A stretch of DNA of 64,000 nucleotides, taken from Patescibacteria group bacterium (GTDB lineage Bacteria; Patescibacteriota; UBA1384; 2-12-FULL-50-11). Below the pieces are notes generated by a model. That model saw only the letters and a list, made by a program, of their open reading frames with translations. It had not been told where the DNA came from and ran no database searches. The stretch lies in assembly GCA_038058635.1 (NCBI GenBank), contig JBBUAP010000001.1:94157-158156 (forward strand). Reading direction: 5' to 3'. The first letter of the stretch is position 1. Every line of letters begins with the position of its first letter. Both the position numbers and the translations under genes were made by a program. Below are positions 39,287 through 49,719 of this stretch, one piece after another.

Positions 39287-40302
39287 TATAGAGATTGGTT
39301 CGGGTCGGCCATCAACTTCTGCCAGGGCGTTGGCTGACCGTACAGCGCATGGAAAACGGCTGCCGCGCCGATCATGGCGGCGTTGTCGGTGCAGTAATTT
39401 AGTTCGGGGACAAAAAACTTCATCTCCGGGTTAAAAATATGAACGGCTTGTTCCAGACGAACCCGTAGATGCTCATTTGCTGCAACGCCACCAACTAGGC
39501 AAACAGATTTAACTTCAAGGTTTTTCTCTAATGCCCAAACCGATTTTTTGACAATCGTATCGGCGACGGTTTTTTGAAAGCTAGCGGCGATGTCGGCTTT
39601 GACGTGGCGAGGTAGCGGATCCGGCATTTTGCTCACCAATCCAGCTACTGCCGCCTTCAAACCGCTGAAAGAAAACTCGAGATTGCCGTGTTCGGGAAGT
39701 GAGATCGGTAGCTTGTAGGCATCGGCGTTGCCCTCCTTGGCCAGATGGTCGATTGCTGGTCCGCCCGGGTAAGGCAAGCCAAGCAAGCGAGCAATTTTGT
39801 CGAAGGCTTCGCCGGCAGCATCATCGCGGGTGGCGCCAACGAGCTCGTAAGAAAGGTGTTTTTTCATTAGCACCAGTTCGCTATGACCGCCGGAGATAAT
39901 AGCAATTAAGGCCGGTAGCTCTGGCTGGTCCTCTCCTAGCCAAGCCGAGTATAGGTGTCCTTCCAGATGGTTGATCGGATAGAATGGCTTACCAGTCACC
40001 TGAGCGATTGTTTTGGCGGCCGACTGACCGATCAGTAAACAACCAATCAAACCCGGACCGCTAGTGACGGCAATAGCATCAAAATCAAGTTTTTTACCCT
40101 CGGTAGCCTGGCTCAACACATGAGTCAGGGCTTCCGTATGCATTCGGGCGGCGATGTCCGGAATCACCCCGCCGGTTTTAGCGTGAGTTTTAAGTTGAGA
40201 GGCGACGATATTAGTTAAGATATTGAGCTTACCGTCGTCTGTAGCCTCAACAATCGCCGCCGCGGTTTCATCGCAACTTGTTTCAATCGCCAGTATTCTC
40301 AT
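39286..40302 (-). CDS. tsaD: tRNA N6-adenosine threonylcarbamoyltransferase TsaD (Kae1/Gcp)
   Basis: MRILAIETSCDETAAAIV N-terminus and ASKH-fold motifs. Start set at the internal ATG. Confidence 0.85.
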   Translation of the reverse strand: MRILAIETSCDETAAAIVEATDDGKLNILTNIVASQLKTHAKTGGVIPDIAARMHTEALTHVLSQATEGKKLDFDAIAVTSGPGLIGCLLIGQSAAKTIAQVTGKPFYPINHLEGHLYSAWLGEDQPELPALIAIISGGHSELVLMKKHLSYELVGATRDDAAGEAFDKIARLLGLPYPGGPAIDHLAKEGNADAYKLPISLPEHGNLEFSFSGLKAAVAGLVSKMPDPLPRHVKADIAASFQKTVADTIVKKSVWALEKNLEVKSVCLVGGVAANEHLRVRLEQAVHIFNPEMKFFVPELNYCTDNAAMIGAAAVFHALYGQPTPWQKLMADPNQSL

Positions 40303-40381
40303 TTCGAGCGCCTCGGTGCGAGAAAGAAAAGTTTTCTTTTCATATAGAGCCATTCTAGTTGATTACAGGTATACTTAACAC

Positions 40382-41317
40382 ATGTTCAAGTCGATCCTGC
40401 AAACCGACTTCTGGGCCAAGTTCAAAGAATCGAGTGGTTGGAAGTCAAGAATGTATGGCTCGCTTTATGGCCTTACCCGGCAGCTGCCGTTCGGCCGATC
40501 GATACTTTATTTTCCCGAGATTCCGCTCGATCTTGATCATGGCGTACCGTTTGACGATCAAGCAATCTATATTTCTAGGAAGGACGATCAGAAGCCACCG
40601 AAGGGCAGGATATTCACCCGGTTTGAATTCCTGGAGTTTTGGAGCCCGGAACATGCCAACAAGCTACTCCACGCCGGTTTAGTCAAAGCATTTGAAGATG
40701 TTCAGCCGGAGTACCGGCAGTGGGTAATGCTCGACAAATCCGAAGAAGAACTCTTAAAAGAGATGAAGCCAAAAGGGCGCTACAACATTGGCGTCGGCAA
40801 AAAGCACAATCTCGAAGTCCAGTGGGGGATTTCGGACCGATCAATTCAAGGACTGTTCGACCTTTACAGCCAGACGGCTAAAAGGGCCGATTTCCAGGGT
40901 CGTAATCTAGGCTATTTTCAGAAGCTCGCTCAAGTGCTCAAAGAGAATAATGCCGGCGACATCGTCGTGGTTTCTAACAATAACGAACCATTATCTGCTC
41001 TCCTACTTTCTTTTTACGGTGGGGTTTGTAGCTATCTCTACGGCGGTTCGGGCGGAGATAGAAGCTTAATGGCACCGTACCTAGCTCATTGGGAAGCAAT
41101 AACCGAAGCCAAAAAGCGCGGCATGGCCGTCTATGACTTGTTAGCTATTGCTCCCGAAGGCAAGGAAAACCATCCCCACGCCGGCCTGACTCGCTTCAAA
41201 ACTCAGTTCGGTGGCCAGTCAGTGCGGTTGTTGGGTTCGTGGGACTTGGTTCACTCGCCCATTTGGTATACACTCTACAGGTTCGCTGAAAGGCGACGAA
41301 GAAAGACGATTCAATGA
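40382..41317 (+). CDS. FemAB-family peptidoglycan bridge-forming aminoacyltransferase
   Basis: FemAB-like motifs (NIGVGKKHNLEV, YLYGGS). Adjacent to a Mur ligase. Confidence 0.7.
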   Translation: MFKSILQTDFWAKFKESSGWKSRMYGSLYGLTRQLPFGRSILYFPEIPLDLDHGVPFDDQAIYISRKDDQKPPKGRIFTRFEFLEFWSPEHANKLLHAGLVKAFEDVQPEYRQWVMLDKSEEELLKEMKPKGRYNIGVGKKHNLEVQWGISDRSIQGLFDLYSQTAKRADFQGRNLGYFQKLAQVLKENNAGDIVVVSNNNEPLSALLLSFYGGVCSYLYGGSGGDRSLMAPYLAHWEAITEAKKRGMAVYDLLAIAPEGKENHPHAGLTRFKTQFGGQSVRLLGSWDLVHSPIWYTLYRFAERRRRKTIQ

Positions 41318-42663
41318 GTTTAAAGAAAAAAATACGACAGATTAGCCCTGATTGGTTGGTCAATTTTTACCATCTCGCTCGAGGTGTAGCGGCAGCGATA
41401 ATCTACGGTTTTCCCGCCAAAAAGCTCCGGGTCATCGGTGTTACGGGGACTAACGGCAAGACTACTACCGCCCATTTAATCGCCTCCGTTTTACAATCTG
41501 GTGGTCGTAAAGTTGGCTTGGCTTCGACGGTAGACTTTCGGATTGGCGATAAAGTAATCGAAAATAACCTTAAGATGACCACCGTCAGCCCATTTTTATT
41601 GCAGAAATTGCTCTCGCAGATGGTTAAGGCCGGTTGTGAAGATGCTGTTATTGAAGTAACTTCAATCGGACTGGATCAACATCGATTATGGGGCATTCCG
41701 TTTCAAGTGGCCGTTTTCACTAACCTAACGCACGACCACCTTGACTACCACCAGACGATGGAAAAATATCGCCAGGCCAAAGAAGAGCTGTTTAGCCATC
41801 GACCGGCGCTATCAGTGATTAACATTGACGATCCGGCGGCCGAGCACTTCTTGCGTCACAGCGCTAACCGGACCGTCACTTACAGCTTAAAATCTAACGC
41901 CGACTTAGTCGGTAAGAAGATCTACCAACGCGCCGGCGGGACCGACTTTGTTCTGCTCGCTCGCGGTCATCAAGCCAGTATCTCCATTCCGATGCCGGGC
42001 GAATTTAATGTCGCCAACGCTTTGGCGGCCGCTGGTGTTGGGCTGGGCTTAGGATTGTCGCTCGAAGAGGTTGTTGAAGGGTTACGGATCGTCCAGCCAG
42101 TGCCTGGTCGGATGGAAATAGTCGACTGCGGTCAGGCCTTTACCGCCATTGTCGATTACGCTCACACGCCCGATGCCCTTCAGAAGGTATACGAGACAAT
42201 CAAACCGGCCGTTCACGGCAAGATGATCTCGGTTCTAGGCGCTACCGGACAGCGCGACAAAACCAAGCGACCGATTCTGGGCGCGCTAGCTGGCCGTTAC
42301 GCCGACTTTGTCATTGTCACCAACGAAGATCCGTACAACGAAGATCCCAACACTATTATTGACGAGGTAGCCGCCGGCGTTCCCCGCGGCCGACCGCTTC
42401 GCGGTCGCTATAAGGTCAAGAAAGCCGGCGACGAGGAAGGTGACTTATCTTTCAAGTACAAAGACAACGGTGAAGAGATCTGGTGGTGGCGCGTGCCTGA
42501 TCGCAAAGAGGCGATCGCCAAGGCCTGCCAAATGGCTCGGCCGCAAGATGTTGTACTAGTGACCGGCAAAGGGGCGGAAAAAGTGATGGCCGTTGGCGAC
42601 AAACTCGTGCCGTTCTCCGATCGCCAGGTGCTGGAAGAACTGCTCCAAAAGTACCGAGTTTAG
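41314..42663 (+). CDS. murE: Mur ligase, MurE-like (UDP-MurNAc-tripeptide synthetase)
   Basis: VIGVTGTNGKTTTAHL P-loop and the VDYAHTPDAL motif typical of MurC/D/E. Overlaps the femAB-like gene. Confidence 0.7.
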   Translation: MSLKKKIRQISPDWLVNFYHLARGVAAAIIYGFPAKKLRVIGVTGTNGKTTTAHLIASVLQSGGRKVGLASTVDFRIGDKVIENNLKMTTVSPFLLQKLLSQMVKAGCEDAVIEVTSIGLDQHRLWGIPFQVAVFTNLTHDHLDYHQTMEKYRQAKEELFSHRPALSVINIDDPAAEHFLRHSANRTVTYSLKSNADLVGKKIYQRAGGTDFVLLARGHQASISIPMPGEFNVANALAAAGVGLGLGLSLEEVVEGLRIVQPVPGRMEIVDCGQAFTAIVDYAHTPDALQKVYETIKPAVHGKMISVLGATGQRDKTKRPILGALAGRYADFVIVTNEDPYNEDPNTIIDEVAAGVPRGRPLRGRYKVKKAGDEEGDLSFKYKDNGEEIWWWRVPDRKEAIAKACQMARPQDVVLVTGKGAEKVMAVGDKLVPFSDRQVLEELLQKYRV

Positions 42664-42690
42664 CGTCTTTTTCTCTGGTATACTCCAAGC

Positions 42691-45387
42691 ATGTCTAAGG
42701 GTCTGCCAAAGATTTTATTGCTTGATTCGAATGCCTTAATTCATCGGTCGTTTCACGCTCTGCCGCCGTTGACGACGCCGAAGGGTGAGCAGGTTAATGC
42801 CGTTTACGGCTTTGCTAACGCCCTTTTGAAAGCGATCAAAGACGAGAAGCCCGACTATGTCGTTGCCTGTTTTGATGCCGGCCGGGAGACTTTCCGCAAT
42901 GAAATATTTGACGGCTATAAAGCTCATCGCAAAGAGACTGACACCGCCCTGATCGATCAATTTCCCCGTGTTCGGCAGATTGTCGATGTTCTAAACATCC
43001 CCGCCTTTGAACAAAAAGGCGTTGAAGCCGACGACTTAATTGGGTCGCTGGCGGCCATCGCTACCAAAGATGGCTTACAAACAGTCGTCGTTACCGGCGA
43101 TAACGACGCCTTACAATTAGTTAACGACTCAGTCTCGGTTTATTCTTTGCGCCGAGGGGTGACCGACACGCTGGTTTACCATCGCGATGATGTTTTAGGG
43201 AAAATGGGCGTTTTTCCCGAGCAGATTGTTGATTACAAGGCCTTGGCGGGCGATTCGTCTGACAATATTCCTGGGGCGCCGGGCATCGGACCCAAAACCG
43301 CCGTCGAGCTGTTGGGGAAGTATCAGACGCTGGACAATATTTACGATCATCTTGACGAGCTGAAAGATCGGCCCCGCCAGATTTTAGCCGATAATAAAGA
43401 AACGGTGTTGATGAGCCGGCGATTGGCGGCGATTCGGTTGGATTTAGAGATTGATCTCAATCTTGAGGAAGCCGATGTTGCCAACTTCGATTTCTCCAAA
43501 GTGGTCGGCCTTTTTCAGGAACTGGATTTCAAGTCGCTACTAGCGAAGTTGCCACAAGCGGCTGTTGTCGGTCAGGCGTCACTATTTGATACGAAGAAAA
43601 CTGAAGTAGTGAAAATTGAGCCGTCCTTGCCTTTCGAAGCTATCACTACTATTGAGCGTTGGGAGGAGCTGGCCAAAGAGCTCGCGCGACAGCCGATTCT
43701 TTGCATCGACACCGAAACGGTTGATCTCGACGGCGAATTGATCGGCGTTTCTTTTGCTTGGAGTAAAGACAAGGCAGCTTACTTACCGTTGGCACCAGCC
43801 TACCCAGGTGGTCTGCCAATCGAGCAGGTCCGGACTTCAGTTCAGCAAGTCTTGAATAGCGACAGTAAAAAGCTTGGCCATAACCTCAAATACGATCTCC
43901 ATTCTCTCCTGGGCGCCGGATTCTCGGTGAATAACGTCTGGTTTGATACGATGATCGCCTCCCAACTGGTCAACTCGACCGCCTACTCCCACCGGCTTGA
44001 TGACCTAGCAATGACCGAACTGAACTTCAAGAAGATTCCGACCTTGCAAATTTTGGGTGGGAAGAAGGACGGCGTCATGACAGACGCTTCGGTTGAAGAT
44101 TTAGCCGCCTACGCCTGCGAAGATGTCCTGGTTACCTGGCGGCTCTACGAAAAAATGGCACCTTCATTAGAAGAAGCTCATTTGAAGCGGGTGTTTTACG
44201 AAATTGAAATGCCGCTGTTGCCGATTCTGGTGGAGATGGAAGCGACCGGCATTAAAGTTGATCGAAAGTATCTCAAGGTTTTAGGCGAGAAGTTGACCTT
44301 ACGCCTGAAAGAAATCGAAAAAGAAGCCGCTAAAGAGCTGGGCGAAGGGGTTAATATAGCCTCTCCGGCCCAACTTCAAGATGTTTTGTTCAATAAACTC
44401 AAATTGCCAGTGATCGGGATCAAAAAGATAAAGAGCGGCTACTCGACCGATGCCGACAGCTTGATGAAACTGCGCGACAAGCACCCGGCGATCAAGCTGA
44501 TTCTGGAGTATCGCGAGCTGGCCAAACTCTTGAATACCTACATCGAGACTTTGCCGAACCAAATCGACAAGGTTGGTCGGGTTCATACTAGCTTTGGACA
44601 GATCGGGGCCGCGACCGGCCGAATGAGCTCCAACAATCCTAATTTGCAAAATATTCCGATTCGGACCGATCTAGGCAATGAAGTTCGTCGAGCTTTCGTG
44701 GCCGACGAGGGCAAGGTCTTTCTCGGCGTCGACTACTCGCAGATTGAGCTGCGCATCCTCGCCCACCTATGTGAAGACCCGGGGCTTATTGAGGCATTTC
44801 GTAAAGGCGATGATTTTCACGCCGCGGTTGCAGTGGAACTGGGCGTCGACCGTAGGGCTGCTAAAGCCATTAACTTTGGGATTATTTTCGGGCTAGGGGC
44901 AAACGCCTTGGCTAACGATTTAGGCATTAGCTCGACCGAAGCCCGGCAGTTTATCGATCGTTATTTCAAAACTTTCCCGGGGGTTGCTGAGTTTATCGAG
45001 AAGATGAAGCGCCAGGCTCGTGAGCAAGGTTATGTTTCGACAATGTTCGGTCGCCACCGCTACCTGCCCGATATTCATTCGCCCAACATGATGCTGCGAT
45101 CGGCGGCAGAGCGGATGGCGATGAATATGCCAATCCAGGGAACGGAAGCCGACATTATGAAGCTAGCAATGGTCGATGTTTCAAAGCGGCTACCGGAGGG
45201 AGCGAAAATGCTCCTCCAAATTCACGACGAACTGTTGTTTGAAGTCGAAAAAGGGCTAGAAGATAAAGTCGCTAAAGTCGTCAAAGAAGTAATGGGCTCC
45301 GTCGCCGAATTGAAAGTGCCGATGATCGTGGATATTAAGGTCGGTCCCAACTGGGCCGATTTGCAACACCAGCCGAAAGACGAGTAA
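42691..45387 (+). CDS. polA: DNA polymerase I
   Basis: 5'-3' exonuclease N-domain, a 3'-5' exo-like domain and polymerase motifs A/B/C (DYSQIELRILAH ... KAINFGIIFG ... QIHDELLFEV). Confidence 0.95.
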   Translation: MSKGLPKILLLDSNALIHRSFHALPPLTTPKGEQVNAVYGFANALLKAIKDEKPDYVVACFDAGRETFRNEIFDGYKAHRKETDTALIDQFPRVRQIVDVLNIPAFEQKGVEADDLIGSLAAIATKDGLQTVVVTGDNDALQLVNDSVSVYSLRRGVTDTLVYHRDDVLGKMGVFPEQIVDYKALAGDSSDNIPGAPGIGPKTAVELLGKYQTLDNIYDHLDELKDRPRQILADNKETVLMSRRLAAIRLDLEIDLNLEEADVANFDFSKVVGLFQELDFKSLLAKLPQAAVVGQASLFDTKKTEVVKIEPSLPFEAITTIERWEELAKELARQPILCIDTETVDLDGELIGVSFAWSKDKAAYLPLAPAYPGGLPIEQVRTSVQQVLNSDSKKLGHNLKYDLHSLLGAGFSVNNVWFDTMIASQLVNSTAYSHRLDDLAMTELNFKKIPTLQILGGKKDGVMTDASVEDLAAYACEDVLVTWRLYEKMAPSLEEAHLKRVFYEIEMPLLPILVEMEATGIKVDRKYLKVLGEKLTLRLKEIEKEAAKELGEGVNIASPAQLQDVLFNKLKLPVIGIKKIKSGYSTDADSLMKLRDKHPAIKLILEYRELAKLLNTYIETLPNQIDKVGRVHTSFGQIGAATGRMSSNNPNLQNIPIRTDLGNEVRRAFVADEGKVFLGVDYSQIELRILAHLCEDPGLIEAFRKGDDFHAAVAVELGVDRRAAKAINFGIIFGLGANALANDLGISSTEARQFIDRYFKTFPGVAEFIEKMKRQAREQGYVSTMFGRHRYLPDIHSPNMMLRSAAERMAMNMPIQGTEADIMKLAMVDVSKRLPEGAKMLLQIHDELLFEVEKGLEDKVAKVVKEVMGSVAELKVPMIVDIKVGPNWADLQHQPKDE

Positions 45388-45399
45388 GTTAGTTACGCA

Positions 45400-46248
45400 A
45401 TGTTGATATATATAAAGGGTTCGGACTCGTTTTTGGCGCGGGAGGCGATCAACAAGCTTAAGGCCAAATATCTGGAGAAAAATCCAGACGGGACGGAGCT
45501 AGTGAGTATCGACTGCACCGAGACAGTTCCCAATTTTGCTGATCTGAAAGCGGTGCCGCTTTTTGCCACTTCTCGATTGATTATTATTAAACGAGCCGGG
45601 GAAATGCTGGTAGACGAGCAGAACAGCTTGGCTTCAATGCTGACTGACTTGCCGACTAGCTCGGTCGTTGTCATCTGGGATGCAAAACCCTTTAAAGCCA
45701 AGAGCCCCTTATCTATTCAAATAGATATGGCTGCTAAAACCATCAGTGTTGAGCCATTGGCTGAATCGGGACTAAAAAATTGGATCAAAGTTCAAGCAAC
45801 AGAAATAGGTTTCGAAGTCACGCCAGGGTCTGTTAATGAACTGGTTGATCAATACGGCTCCGATCTCTGGGCGATCCAAACCGATCTCAAAACAAGACAA
45901 GGCACTTCCAGTATCTCCTCCTGGGGACGAGCACAAGCGGAAAAGCCGTTCATCCTTTTTGACTATGTTCGGGGTCAAAGATGGCCAGAACTCAAAAAGC
46001 ATTTGACTGCCAGTCACCAACGCGGCGACGCTGTCGAAATGACCATCGGCGGGTTGGCGGCGGCCGTGCGCAAAAACATCTCCGATCAAAAGCTTAAGCG
46101 AAAGATGACCGATATCCTCTCGGAAATCGATATCGCCCTCAAGTCTGGCTTGATTGAAGCTGGTGATGCCGTGGCGTTATTGGCTTGCTACCTTCCTGAT
46201 GCTCAAAAGCGGGTACAATGGGAAGTAGCATGGGAGTCTTTAACCTAA
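45400..46248 (+). CDS. holA: DNA polymerase III delta subunit (HolA-like)
   Basis: 282 aa with an N-terminus typical of delta subunits (IYIKGSDSFLAREAINKL). Weak family, so moderate confidence. Confidence 0.55.
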   Translation: MLIYIKGSDSFLAREAINKLKAKYLEKNPDGTELVSIDCTETVPNFADLKAVPLFATSRLIIIKRAGEMLVDEQNSLASMLTDLPTSSVVVIWDAKPFKAKSPLSIQIDMAAKTISVEPLAESGLKNWIKVQATEIGFEVTPGSVNELVDQYGSDLWAIQTDLKTRQGTSSISSWGRAQAEKPFILFDYVRGQRWPELKKHLTASHQRGDAVEMTIGGLAAAVRKNISDQKLKRKMTDILSEIDIALKSGLIEAGDAVALLACYLPDAQKRVQWEVAWESLT

Positions 46249-47720
46249 TCGGACAGCTGGTTCGGAGCACTGGTTTGTACAGCAAATCGCTGCTTTTCTT
46301 CGTCGTCCTGGGGGGGCTAGGTTTCGCTTTCTTCCAAACTTCACTCAATGCCGCCGATGTCCCGATTAATCCCACCAATCAAACCGACCTGGCTGGTTAC
46401 GATATCGCCCTAACCTTCACCAGCACCGGTGATCTTTACTCTCAAAATTCCAAGCTTCAGATCGAAAAAATTATCTCCGACAAACTCTACCGGATTCGTT
46501 ACCAGGTCATCAATCGGCCCGACCAGTTCATTGATTCGCTTTCCATCGCCGTGGCCTTGCCCAAACCTGTCAGCGAAGGCGGAATCGGCTACTTGTTCAG
46601 AAACAACGGCGGGGCGACGACGGCCAGCGCCCAGCTAATCGACCCCCAAACGGTCGTCTATCAAGCGACCGAGATTGGCCCCGAGACTCAACTGGTTCTA
46701 GAACTAGAAGTGCCAAAATCCTATCTGACCTCGACGGCGCTGACCTCGACTAAAGAATGGATCAACAACCTACCGCCGATTGTTTGGACCGGCATCTCCA
46801 TCGCCTTACCGTTCTTAACGGCCTTGATTTTGCTGATAACTTGGCTGGCTCGGAATCGTCGGGTTCCACTCGGACCAAACAAACAGCTGGACGAACAGCC
46901 CAGCCGTCTATCGCCGGCGATGCTTGGCATCTTGCTTAACGGCCGGCTTTCGAGCCGTGAGCTGGCGGCGACGCTCCTGGATTTGGCTCGACGAGGCCAC
47001 CTGGTTATTCGTCAAGTCGGTCGGGACGATTTTCGCTTTAGCCGCAAGACTTCGAGCGATCGGCTCGAAAAGTTCGAGGTTCAATTACTCGATCAGATTT
47101 TTGGTCCCTCGGGAGACAGAGCGACATCGGAAGAAATCTCTTTTGCCCTGGCTCAAGAGCTGTTTAGTAAGCGCGTCAGCGAGGCCTTTTTGGCCGCCTA
47201 CCAACGGGTAAACGACCTGGGCTTCTTTTATACCAATCCGCTTCGACTCCACACTCGTTATCAGATCACTGGCTTGACGCTGTTTGTCTTTGGTCTGATC
47301 GGCTTTTTCGCTAATGTTTTTCTCATTGACGGCGTCCGCTACACCCTTCTTTTTTGGCTGGGGATGATGGGCGCCGCCCTACTAATCACGCACTTTGCCC
47401 GGACTTTACCGAGTCGTACCATTTACGGCGATCGGGAGCTGGGTCGCTGGCTAGCTTTCCGTAATTACCTAACCAGTAGCGAGCCAATTAGCTACCAGGC
47501 CCAGAGTCAGGATAGGTTTTTGGCTTACCTGCCCTACGCGGTGGTGCTGGAATGCGAAGTCGAGTGGACGCGCCGATTCTATGATCTGCCATTTGCCCAA
47601 CCGCATTGGTATGTAGCGGACGGCGTTGACACGATCGACGAGTTTGCCAACAAACTCTTTCCACTTTTTGGTTATCTCTCACACGCGTTGGCGATCTCGA
47701 CGCAACCAGCAACTAGATAA
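46218..47720 (+). CDS. DUF2207-like membrane protein
   Basis: Signal/TM anchor, an extracellular domain, then multiple TM helices and a C-terminal region. The architecture fits DUF2207. Confidence 0.5.
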   Translation: MGSSMGVFNLIGQLVRSTGLYSKSLLFFVVLGGLGFAFFQTSLNAADVPINPTNQTDLAGYDIALTFTSTGDLYSQNSKLQIEKIISDKLYRIRYQVINRPDQFIDSLSIAVALPKPVSEGGIGYLFRNNGGATTASAQLIDPQTVVYQATEIGPETQLVLELEVPKSYLTSTALTSTKEWINNLPPIVWTGISIALPFLTALILLITWLARNRRVPLGPNKQLDEQPSRLSPAMLGILLNGRLSSRELAATLLDLARRGHLVIRQVGRDDFRFSRKTSSDRLEKFEVQLLDQIFGPSGDRATSEEISFALAQELFSKRVSEAFLAAYQRVNDLGFFYTNPLRLHTRYQITGLTLFVFGLIGFFANVFLIDGVRYTLLFWLGMMGAALLITHFARTLPSRTIYGDRELGRWLAFRNYLTSSEPISYQAQSQDRFLAYLPYAVVLECEVEWTRRFYDLPFAQPHWYVADGVDTIDEFANKLFPLFGYLSHALAISTQPATR

Positions 47721-47723
47721 AAC

Positions 47724-48278
47724 TTACTCAGGTCGGCTGACATATTCAGCGTCGGCGGGTGGAAAAATCACAAAGCTAACTCGGCCGAGAATATCGCTGT
47801 GAGTAACTGGTCCCCAGAGACGCGAGTCCGAAGAGCCGGGGCGGTTATCGCCAGCTAGAAAGTATTCGTCGTCTTTCAAGGTGACGGAAGAGATCTCATC
47901 GTAGGGAGCTTCGCCGTAACGAGGAAGATAGGGCTCGGTTAACGGTAGGCCGTTAATAAACAGGTGAGTATCTTTAACCTCGACAGTTTCGCCTGGTAAG
48001 CCGATGATCCGTTTGATCAGTTTGGTTTTAGCTGGGTCGGCCGGAAACTTAGCGGCGACGACATCACCGCGACGAATCATTTTTTCTCCAGAAAAACTAA
48101 TCTGGTCGACGATTACCACTTGGCCGTTGTGAAAATTGGGCTCCATGCTTTCGCCGTTCACCAGCAAAGGTTTGCCGACTAATATAATGAAGGTAATCGC
48201 CAGCACTACTATAACGAGGGCGAGCCTTGTTAGATCGAACAAAGTGGCCGAAAAACGCAGAAATCTAGAGCCATGCAT
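47724..48278 (-). CDS. lepB: Signal peptidase I
   Basis: S26 catalytic Ser motif GESMEP, the KRIIGLPGE box and GDNRPGSSDSR. Confidence 0.88.
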   Translation of the reverse strand: MHGSRFLRFSATLFDLTRLALVIVVLAITFIILVGKPLLVNGESMEPNFHNGQVVIVDQISFSGEKMIRRGDVVAAKFPADPAKTKLIKRIIGLPGETVEVKDTHLFINGLPLTEPYLPRYGEAPYDEISSVTLKDDEYFLAGDNRPGSSDSRLWGPVTHSDILGRVSFVIFPPADAEYVSRPE

Positions 48279-48316
48279 GACTCTAGTCTACGAGTAGTCG
48301 CACGATTGCGCTACTA

Positions 48317-48676
48317 CTATTTGGCCTTGAGGGTCTTTTTCGCAGCCGTTTTGATCTTTGAAACTTTGGGTTTTGTTTGAGCTTTAACTTTTTTCTCGGT
48401 CTTGGCAACGGCGGTTTTAGTCGCTTCAGTGGTTTTTGGTGCGATTTTGGCGCCGGCTGGTAAGCCCTTCATAAGGGCAGATTTCATCCGAGCAGCTTTG
48501 TTCTGGTGGAAAAGATTCCACTTCACGCCCTTGTCGATCATCGACACGGCTTTAGAGGCAGTATCGGCGGTCACATTTTTGAGGGCGGCTTTAATGAGGG
48601 CCTTGCGATAACGGTTGATCGAGGTTTTGTGCTGGGCGACCCGCAGAGATTTTTTGGCAGACTTTGAGATTGGCAT
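48317..48676 (-). CDS. rpsT: 30S ribosomal protein S20
   Basis: MPISKSAKKSLRVAQHKTSINRYRKALIKAAL N-terminus with a Lys/Ala-rich C-terminal extension. Confidence 0.85.
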   Translation of the reverse strand: MPISKSAKKSLRVAQHKTSINRYRKALIKAALKNVTADTASKAVSMIDKGVKWNLFHQNKAARMKSALMKGLPAGAKIAPKTTEATKTAVAKTEKKVKAQTKPKVSKIKTAAKKTLKAK

Positions 48677-48792
48677 TGAGGAAATTGTACCGCATATTTC
48701 CTAGGGAGTAAATACAGCAAAGACTGACTTTACGCTAGACATCTCTCGGTAGTTAAAGTAAAATCTTATTAAATCTATTTGGAGGTGAGAGG

Positions 48793-49476
48793 TTGAAGGT
48801 ATTTTTGTTCCTTTACCCCTTCAGGGAGTTCTTCGTTCACTCGAATGGCTATCCAGACGATCCGGAGTTGGCCGACAAGGTAGTCGAATACTTCGGACAG
48901 GCGATCGATGCAAGGTATCGGCAACGCGGCTATCAAGTCTGTTGGCTGCTATTTCGCTCAGAAGGCGAGGGTCTCGATCTCGTCAATCTTGACCGACGGG
49001 TAAGCATTCAGCCAAGCGATCTACTGGTCGATGCCGGGATGACTTTTTCTGAGCACTGTCCGTGTAGATTGAGGGGTGTGTTGCCAGAAGACCAGTGGCC
49101 AAAACCAATCTACGCCGACCTACCCTTTGTCTCCTCGCAATTACCCGGCCCAATCGAAGAGCTGTGGGTAGGCGGATTCCAGATAAGTGATTGTGTCGAG
49201 AAGTTGGCTCGGTTCGCTTACTTCCGCCTAGGGCTGAAAGGTAGCGTCCATGTTGATGAGGATTTAACAGGGATGGGTGTTTGGCCGGCCAAGCTCCACC
49301 TATGTCCGAGGCTGATAAAAAGGTTGAAGATGACCCGGGATCCCTTCCCCTTGGTTCGGGAAAGCTGGACGTACGAAAGTACCGGCTGGAAAGATGACCC
49401 AAGATGGGAAACTGATCGGCTCTACGTCAGATTAAGACGAATCCGTAACTTACGACCATGGCTAATCCACAACTGA
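48793..49476 (+). CDS. Hypothetical protein (227 aa) with no recognisable family
   Basis: Clean ORF with a TTG start and Cys-containing motifs (SEHCPCRLRG). Followed directly by a strong terminator. Confidence 0.5.
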   Translation: MKVFLFLYPFREFFVHSNGYPDDPELADKVVEYFGQAIDARYRQRGYQVCWLLFRSEGEGLDLVNLDRRVSIQPSDLLVDAGMTFSEHCPCRLRGVLPEDQWPKPIYADLPFVSSQLPGPIEELWVGGFQISDCVEKLARFAYFRLGLKGSVHVDEDLTGMGVWPAKLHLCPRLIKRLKMTRDPFPLVRESWTYESTGWKDDPRWETDRLYVRLRRIRNLRPWLIHN

Positions 49477-49501
49477 GCGGCTTGCCCCCGCTCAGTTTTT
49501 T
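49473..49501 (+). terminator. Rho-independent terminator
   Basis: ctgagcgg cttgccc ccgctcag followed by TTTTTT. The stop codon lies within the stem. Confidence 0.7.
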
Positions 49502-49719
49502 ATTAAAGGTGAAAAACCACCGGCTTTAGTCGGTGTGTCCGTTATTGCAACTGCGTTGCGCTTTCTCGTGAGGTTAAGGGCTTAAGCCAAAGCCCAGGGC
49601 TTCTTAGGATTATCCTCTAATCCTCTCATTAGCCTGGCGGCCGTAGGCCGCAAACAAAAGCCGCCGGAGGCGACAAGAGATATTGAACCATATCATTTTT
49701 CCGGTATACTGACCGAAGC

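Noticed and set aside
40359-40682. A 107-aa plus-strand ORF overlapping the femAB-family gene start
   Set aside because: An alternative frame of a supported gene.
48278-48317. An imperfect palindrome ctagagtcatg/catggctctag between rpsT and lepB
   Set aside because: It overlaps the lepB start codon and has no T-tract. It is not a terminator and is probably coincidental or a translation-initiation structure.
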